A stretch of 64,000 nt of DNA from an uncultured Chloroflexia bacterium (lineage in GTDB: Bacteria; Chloroflexota; Limnocylindria; QHBO01). Positions 61,789 through 64,000 of the stretch are shown here, piece by piece. The notes beneath the pieces were generated by a model, which was not told where the DNA came from, searched no databases, and saw only the letters and a program-made list of their open reading frames with translations. The position numbers and the translations under genes were made by a program. Position 1 is the first letter of the stretch. Each line of letters opens with the position of its first letter. Where the stretch lies: contig CAVZAQ010000013.1 in the NCBI GenBank assembly GCA_963773405.1, positions 19,758 to 83,757 on the forward strand, read 5' to 3'.

Positions 61789-62838
61789 ATGCGCCGCCTG
61801 CTCGAGACGGAGCCCTACCTCTTCGGCCCGGGCGTCTACGACCCCATGGGCGCGCAGCTCGCCATGTACCACGGGTACAAGGCCATGTACTTCAGCGGCT
61901 ACAGCTTCGCCATCGCCCACCTGGGCACCACCGACATGGACCTCTACTCCGGCCCGGAGATCGCCGATGGCGCCCGCCGGACGGTGAGTGCGCTGCGCAA
62001 GTTCCAGCTGACCCAGGCGGTGGGCGATCCCGAGAAGGGGGTCGCTCCGCGCCACCTGGAGATCCCGCCCCTCGTGGTGGACATGGACGGTGGGTACGGG
62101 AACATCTTCAACGTCCAGCGCACCACCGAGCTGTACGTCGGGGCGGGGGTTGCCGCGGCGCATATCGAGGACCAGGTCCTCCCCAAGCGCTGCGGGCACA
62201 TTGGCGGAAAGGCGCTCATCCCGGCATCCGAGATGGTCGGCAAGCTGCGGATGGCGCGCGCGGTCGCGGACGACCTGGGGAATCACGATTTCGTGGTCAT
62301 CGCCCGCACGGACGGCCTCTCCGCGATCGACGCGCCCGAGCCCGCGCGTGGCCTGGACCTGGCCGTGGAGCGAGCGCTGCGCTACCTGGACACCGGGATC
62401 CCCGACCTCGTGTGGTGCGAGTTCCCCACCTCGGACCGCGGACCGGTGGAGGAGTTCTCGCAGCGGGTCCGCTCGCGCTTCCCGGAGGCGCGCTTCGCCT
62501 TCAACTGGTCGAGCAGCTTCAAGTGGTTCCGCGATCCGGAGCCGATCACCTTCGCCCAGCTGGGCGAGCTGGGGTTCCGCTTCATCTTCATCACCCTGGG
62601 CGCCCAGCACGCCACCGGCTATGGACTCAACCAGCTCCTGGTGGAGATGGCAGATGGTCAGCAGGACGGATACATCGCCCTGCAGCGCCGGGAGTGGGAG
62701 GGCAACCTGGACGTGCCCACGCGCTCGCACCACCAGTTCAGCGGGGTCCCCTACCACCACCTGATGGGCAAGGCGTATGACGCCGCGCGCCTGGGATCCG
62801 ACTTCGTGGAGGAGCTTGACGAGGAGCGCGTGGTCTAG
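61789..62838 (+). CDS. Isocitrate lyase / PEP mutase family protein (short ICL or 2-methylisocitrate-lyase-like)
   Basis: KAMYFSGYSFAIAHLG...DMDGGYGN...EDQVLPKRCGHIGGKALIP...IARTD...FNWSSSFKW: ICL-family catalytic motifs (K-C-G-H). Possible N-terminal extension in a neighbouring frame. Confidence 0.7.
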   Translation: MRRLLETEPYLFGPGVYDPMGAQLAMYHGYKAMYFSGYSFAIAHLGTTDMDLYSGPEIADGARRTVSALRKFQLTQAVGDPEKGVAPRHLEIPPLVVDMDGGYGNIFNVQRTTELYVGAGVAAAHIEDQVLPKRCGHIGGKALIPASEMVGKLRMARAVADDLGNHDFVVIARTDGLSAIDAPEPARGLDLAVERALRYLDTGIPDLVWCEFPTSDRGPVEEFSQRVRSRFPEARFAFNWSSSFKWFRDPEPITFAQLGELGFRFIFITLGAQHATGYGLNQLLVEMADGQQDGYIALQRREWEGNLDVPTRSHHQFSGVPYHHLMGKAYDAARLGSDFVEELDEERVV

Positions 62839-62859
62839 GCGCACGCGGGCCGCGGAGCG

Positions 62860-64000
62860 TCAGGGAGCCGCAGAAGGGAGTGCACCCCCGGGCGGCTCCT
62901 TCGCACCTGCTCGATCCCGGACCGACGCCACCAGCAGTGCCGCCCCCACGTACGAGCAGGCCATTACCCCGAAGGCGGCCGGATAGCCGAGGCCCTGGGC
63001 GACCAGCCCAATCACCCAGGCCCACGCCGCACCGATCCCGAACGCGGCGGTGAAGTACACCGCGAACGCCACGTCCCGCAGAGGCCCGGTGGCGCGGTCG
63101 GCCAGGAAGGCCTGCAGTACGGGCGACTCGGAGAAGACGGCGGCGCCGAAGGGGAGGAGGAGCGGCACCAGGACGACGAGATTCGCGCCCGCGGCCAGGA
63201 ACGCCACGATCCCCGCGGCCATGAGGCTGTAGTAGACGATGAGGGTCCGCCGTCGGCCGTATCGGTCACTGATCCAGCCCGCCAGGAGCGGCCCCACCAC
63301 CGCGCCCACCAGGAGCAGCGCGTAGAGGGTGGCGGTGGTGCCCTCGTCGAAGCCCAGCGGCCCGGACAGGTAGAGGAGCATGAACGGGGCGAGGATGTCC
63401 AGGCCCCGCCCGCCGGCCGCGACCAGGGCAGCGGCGAGGATGGCACGCAGGTCGCGACGGGCCAGCACCTCCCGGACCTGTCCGCGCACGGAACCCTGCG
63501 CACGAGCCGCCCGGCGGTACGCATGGTGGTCCTCGCGGACGAAGACCAGGATCGCGATCCCCACCAGGACCGCGGGTGCGCCAAACAGCGCCAGCGTCGC
63601 CTGCCAGCCCACGCTATGGATGAGCGCAACTCCCACGAACGGGACCAGGATGGTGCCCACGTTCCCCCCGCTGATATGGGCGCTGATGCGCGAAGCCGCG
63701 CCGGTCGGACGGGTAGACGTCCGAGAGGAGCGCGTTGCCCACCGGGTGCTGGGGACTGCTCCCGATCCGCGAGGCGCTGATGGCGGCCAGCAGCTGCCCC
63801 ATCCCGCGGGAGAGCCCGCCGGCCATGAGGCTCACCCCGAACAGGATCTGGCCGCCGCCGAGGAGGACGGGCCTGGCCACGTACCGGGTAAGGACCCCGT
63901 ACGACAGCTGCATGAGCCCACCGACCGCCGTGGTGATGGCGATGAAAAGGCCGATGTCGCTGGGCCGCAGCCCGAACTGCACGACCACGACCGCGTAGAT
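62860..64000 (-). CDS. MFS transporter, 5' end beyond window; one frameshift near 63670
   Basis: ORF 63614..63988(-) (…GNALLSDVYP) and ORF 62860..63660(-) (GTILVPFVGVALIHSVGW...) are contiguous MFS sequence in two frames; 10+ TM helices. Confidence 0.6.

Overview
High-GC (~70%) chromosomal segment, most likely from an actinobacterium (LmbE-family MshB/Mca-like deacetylase, LigD polymerase domain, several VapBC-type toxin-antitoxin pairs, ECF sigma/anti-sigma pairs, PadR/ArsR/LysR regulators). Layout from left to right: (i) a toxin-antitoxin-rich region (AbrB-VapC, RHH-VapC) with a frameshifted LigD polymerase domain. (ii) An accessory, defence-island-like stretch: two paralogous DUF4160/DUF2442 pairs; a GAF-adenylate cyclase; a small-TM-peptide / DUF2075 Schlafen-like ATPase / zinc-ribbon membrane protein cassette followed by a C-terminal fragment of a second DUF2075 gene; an IS5-family transposase; and a low-GC operon encoding a TIR-like (Cap12/PycTIR-type) protein bracketed by three paralogous small GerE-type HTH proteins. 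(iii) Membrane proteins, PadR, two tandem ECF sigma/anti-sigma pairs and a BrnT/BrnA-like pair. (iv) A class II ribonucleotide reductase gene (nrdJ) with candidate NrdR boxes. (v) An ArsR-controlled sulfur-metabolism operon (2x DsrE-like, TusA, MvhD, two HdrA-like flavoproteins, an HdrC-HdrE fusion resembling QmoC) with no HdrB/CCG subunit in the window. (vi) Hemerythrin paralogs, a Kef-like antiporter with TrkA/Usp regulatory protein, and housekeeping genes (dipeptidase, acyl-CoA synthetase, DAP-decarboxylase-like, O-methyltransferase, LmbE, C-N hydrolase, LysR, isocitrate-lyase family, MFS). Two global observations stand out. First, at least 15 conserved genes are interrupted only by +/-1 frameshifts with no nonsense mutations, which points to indel sequencing/assembly errors rather than decay. 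Second, a previously unrecognised ~170-190 bp composite intergenic repeat, built from three ~30-nt modules with core ATGTTCG-N6-7-TCGAACGTAACGTCG, occurs at five or more loci between 29.1 and 45.0 kb. No rRNA, tRNA or CRISPR array was found.
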